Assembly (NCBI RefSeq): GCF_001194135.2
Contig: NC_068981.1
Location: 55,446,450 to 55,510,449, forward strand
Direction of reading: 5' to 3'
DNA length: 64,000 nt
From: Octopus bimaculoides
Taxonomy: Eukaryota
The position numbers and the translations under genes are program-made. Under the pieces are notes generated by a model. That model saw only the letters and a list, made by a program, of their open reading frames with translations, made no database searches and was not told the origin of the DNA. Numbering within the stretch: position 1 is the stretch's first letter; every line of letters starts with the position of its first letter. This document shows positions 61,541-64,000 of this stretch, one piece after another.

Positions 61541-62347
61541 ATATATATCATCATCATCATCATCATCATTTAACATCTGCTTTCCATGCTTAGCATGGGT
61601 TAAATTAAAATAAGAGGGAACATTAGAATAATGATATATATATGCATATATATTATATTATATTATATTTATGTGTTGTGGTGGTGGTGGTTAGGACAAT
61701 TGAAATTTTGAAAAGCTGTTATTTGGCCACATCTGCCTGTATATGTATGCATATATGTATGAACGTATCTGGATGGATGGATATATATGTATGCATCATC
61801 GCTGTTCTCACTCCAAATTTATATTTACTGTACCTATCTCAATCTGTGAAGTGCAGGATGTAAAGTGGAGCATTACGAGTTCCTTCTTGTCCAGTTTCAC
61901 CAAGAACTATTCAACCTCTCTGGTATTGGTGTCACAAGTAAAGGCACCCAGTACTCTCTGTAAAGTGGTTGAGGTGAGGAAAGGCATCCAGTCTTACAAA
62001 CCAAGCCAATTGACACTTATGAATCTTTGGGAGTGGTTTTTCCCAATAGGAAGCAACTCAGATCATGGTGATCCATCCAATGCATGCCACAATAGAAAGT
62101 GAATGCGAACGGACAATGATGTATATGCTTGCATATGTATGTATGTTTTAGGTTGTTTGCAACTGAACTGGCAACCGAACCAAACTTGCTTGATGAGAAG
62201 GGTGATTTTGGATAATCTGCAGGATGTAAAACCTGTCAAAATTTTGATGAACTTAGGGGGCTCAATAGCTAACCAATAATGTAATCCAATGGGACTCATG
62301 ATGGTGAATGAGTAAGCTGCAAGAACACTCATGCAAGCTTCACTCAC

Positions 62348-62439
62348 TATAATCAATTTCATGCACACAAACTTCTTAGAAGTTTCTATATGTGATAGTG
62401 GATTTTCATCGCTGAATTCATGAAACTTGGTTCTTTTCC
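62348..62439 (-). CDS. Candidate exon (xKRTKFHEFSDENPLSHIETSKKFVCMKLII, phase 1 to 0)
   Basis: Acceptor atagttttag|, donor ATA|gtgagt; only one frame open. Confidence 0.4.
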
Positions 62440-63724
62440 CTAAAACTATATATTTATATATATATATATATNNNNNNNNNNNNNNNNNNNNNNNNNNNNN
62501 NNNNNNNNNNNNNNNNNNNNNNNNNNNNNNNNNNNNNNNNNNNNNNNNNNNNNNNNNNNNNNNNNNNNNNNNNNNNNNNNNNNNNNNNNNNNNNNNNNNN
62601 NNNNNNNNNNNNNNNNNNNNNNNNNNNNNNNNNNNNNNNNNNNNNNNNNNNNNNNNNNNNNNNNNNNNNNNNNNNNNNNNNNNNNNNNNNNNNNNNNNNN
62701 NNNNNNNNNNNNNNNNNNNNNNNNNNNNNNNNNNNNNNNNNNNNNNNNNNNNNNNNNNNNNNNNNNNNNNNNNNNNNNNNNNNNNNNNNNNNNNNNNNNN
62801 NNNNNNNNNNNNNNNNNNNNNNNNNNNNNNNNNNNNNNNNNNNNNNNNNNNNNNNNNNNNNNNNNNNNNNNNNNNNNNNNNNNNNNNNNNNNNNNNNNNN
62901 NNNNNNNNNNNNNNNNNNNNNNNNNNNNNNNNNNNNNNNNNNNNNNNNNNNNNNNNNNNNNNNNNNNNNNNNNNNNNNNNNNNNNNNNNNNNNNNNNNNN
63001 NNNNNNNNNNNNNNNNNNNNNNNNNNNNNNNNNNNNNNNNNNNNNNNNNNNNNNNNNNNNNNNNNNNNNNNNNNNNNNNNNNNNNNNNNNNNNNNNNNNN
63101 NNNNNNNNNNNNNNNNNNNNNNNNNNNNNNNNNNNNNNNNNNNNNNNNNNNNNNNNNNNNNNNNNNNNNNNNNNNNNNNNNNNNNNNNNNNNNNNNNNNN
63201 NNNNNNNNNNNNNNNNNNNNNNNNNNNNNNNNNNNNNNNNNNNNNNNNNNNNNNNNNNNNNNNNNNNNNNNNNNNNNNNNNNNNNNNNNNNNNNNNNNNN
63301 NNNNNNNNNNNNNNNNNNNNNNNNNNNNNNNNNNNNNNNNNNNNNNNNNNNNNNNNNNNNNNNNNNNNNNNNNNNNNNNNNNNNNNNNNNNNNNNNNNNN
63401 NNNNNNNNNNNNNNNNNNNNNNNNNNNNNNNNNNCAAGAAAAGAATTTTGAAAAAAAAAAAATTAAGAAATTGGGGTGGGTGGGGAGGAAGAAAATTAAA
63501 ATATTGAGAATGTGTTTTTTGAGCAAAATCCTAATCTCCTGTATTGAAAACATAGGAATTGGAAGAAATTTAGGAAAAAAAATAAGGAGGGTGTGCAAAT
63601 GCCACCTCGGACATGCTAGAAACAACAGGTAAAGGACAGGATTTCTGGGAAAACTTCCTTTTAAGTTTGTCTCAAATATCAGGTTTTTGAAATATGCTCA
63701 TCACAAACACAAATTACAGAATAG

Positions 63725-63835
63725 ACCCTACCCAGGCAAAGCTGACTTCAATGGAATTTGAACTAAGAACATAAAGACAGATAAAATGCTTTGTGGCATT
63801 TTGTCCAGCATGCTAATGACTCTGCCAGCTGACTG
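63725..63835 (-). mobile_element. SINE family D fragment
   Basis: GGCAAAGCTGACTTCAATGGAATTTGAACTAAGAAC...TGCCAGCTGAC. Confidence 0.7.
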
Positions 63836-64000
63836 GCTTAAACAGAGTTATAATAATGAGTTTAATGCATGCAGTGCTTAAATGTACAACTCACCAGGAA
63901 AGGGTAAAAGAGGGGACAGAAGGCAGCAAAGTAAAGAAAGACAACAATGAAAGCTAAAAGTGCATGCACAGTACACAGAATAAGACACAAAAAAGAACAG

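Larger units (their letters stand above)
5451..63434. other. Assembly gaps (approx.): 5451-5555, 7344-7695, 8719-9372, 16754-16794, 27116-27125, 33659-33675, 35711-35720, 39138-39187, 41948-42028, 46379-46955, 52793-52887, 60285-60321, 62472-63434
   Basis: N-runs, many abutting (TA)n/(CA)n tracts. Confidence 0.95.

Noticed and set aside
63585-63620. Possible Helitron 3' end (…GGACATGCTAG)
   Set aside because: Hairpin is weak and the 5' part is hidden in the gap.

Overview
AT-rich, repeat-dense eukaryotic DNA from a gapped draft assembly with 13 N-runs, many beside (TA)n/(CA)n tracts. The SINE and microsatellite content suggests a cephalopod, probably octopus (inference). There is no intact gene, tRNA/rRNA gene or CRISPR array, and almost all ORFs in the track are microsatellite, N-gap or transposon artefacts. 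The window holds several tRNA-derived SINE families (my labels A, B, D, E and hybrids). It also holds decayed non-LTR elements (RTE, Tx1/L1, R4/Dong-like, HERO-like, possibly CR1/L2), mariner/maT/Tc1 elements, an hAT transposase relic, hAT- and piggyBac-type MITEs, and a probable DIRS recombinase relic. A few short minus-strand exon candidates may belong to an unidentified long-intron host gene, and CpG content drops sharply near 12 kb. The most interesting signal is a set of unrelated repeats each carrying a decayed minimal hammerhead-ribozyme core (Penelope/retrozyme type). One is fused to a double tRNA-like SINE head, and another reconstructs to a textbook hammerhead mostly by reversing CpG decay. 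All family calls come from motif recognition by eye, not database searches, and many boundaries are approximate.
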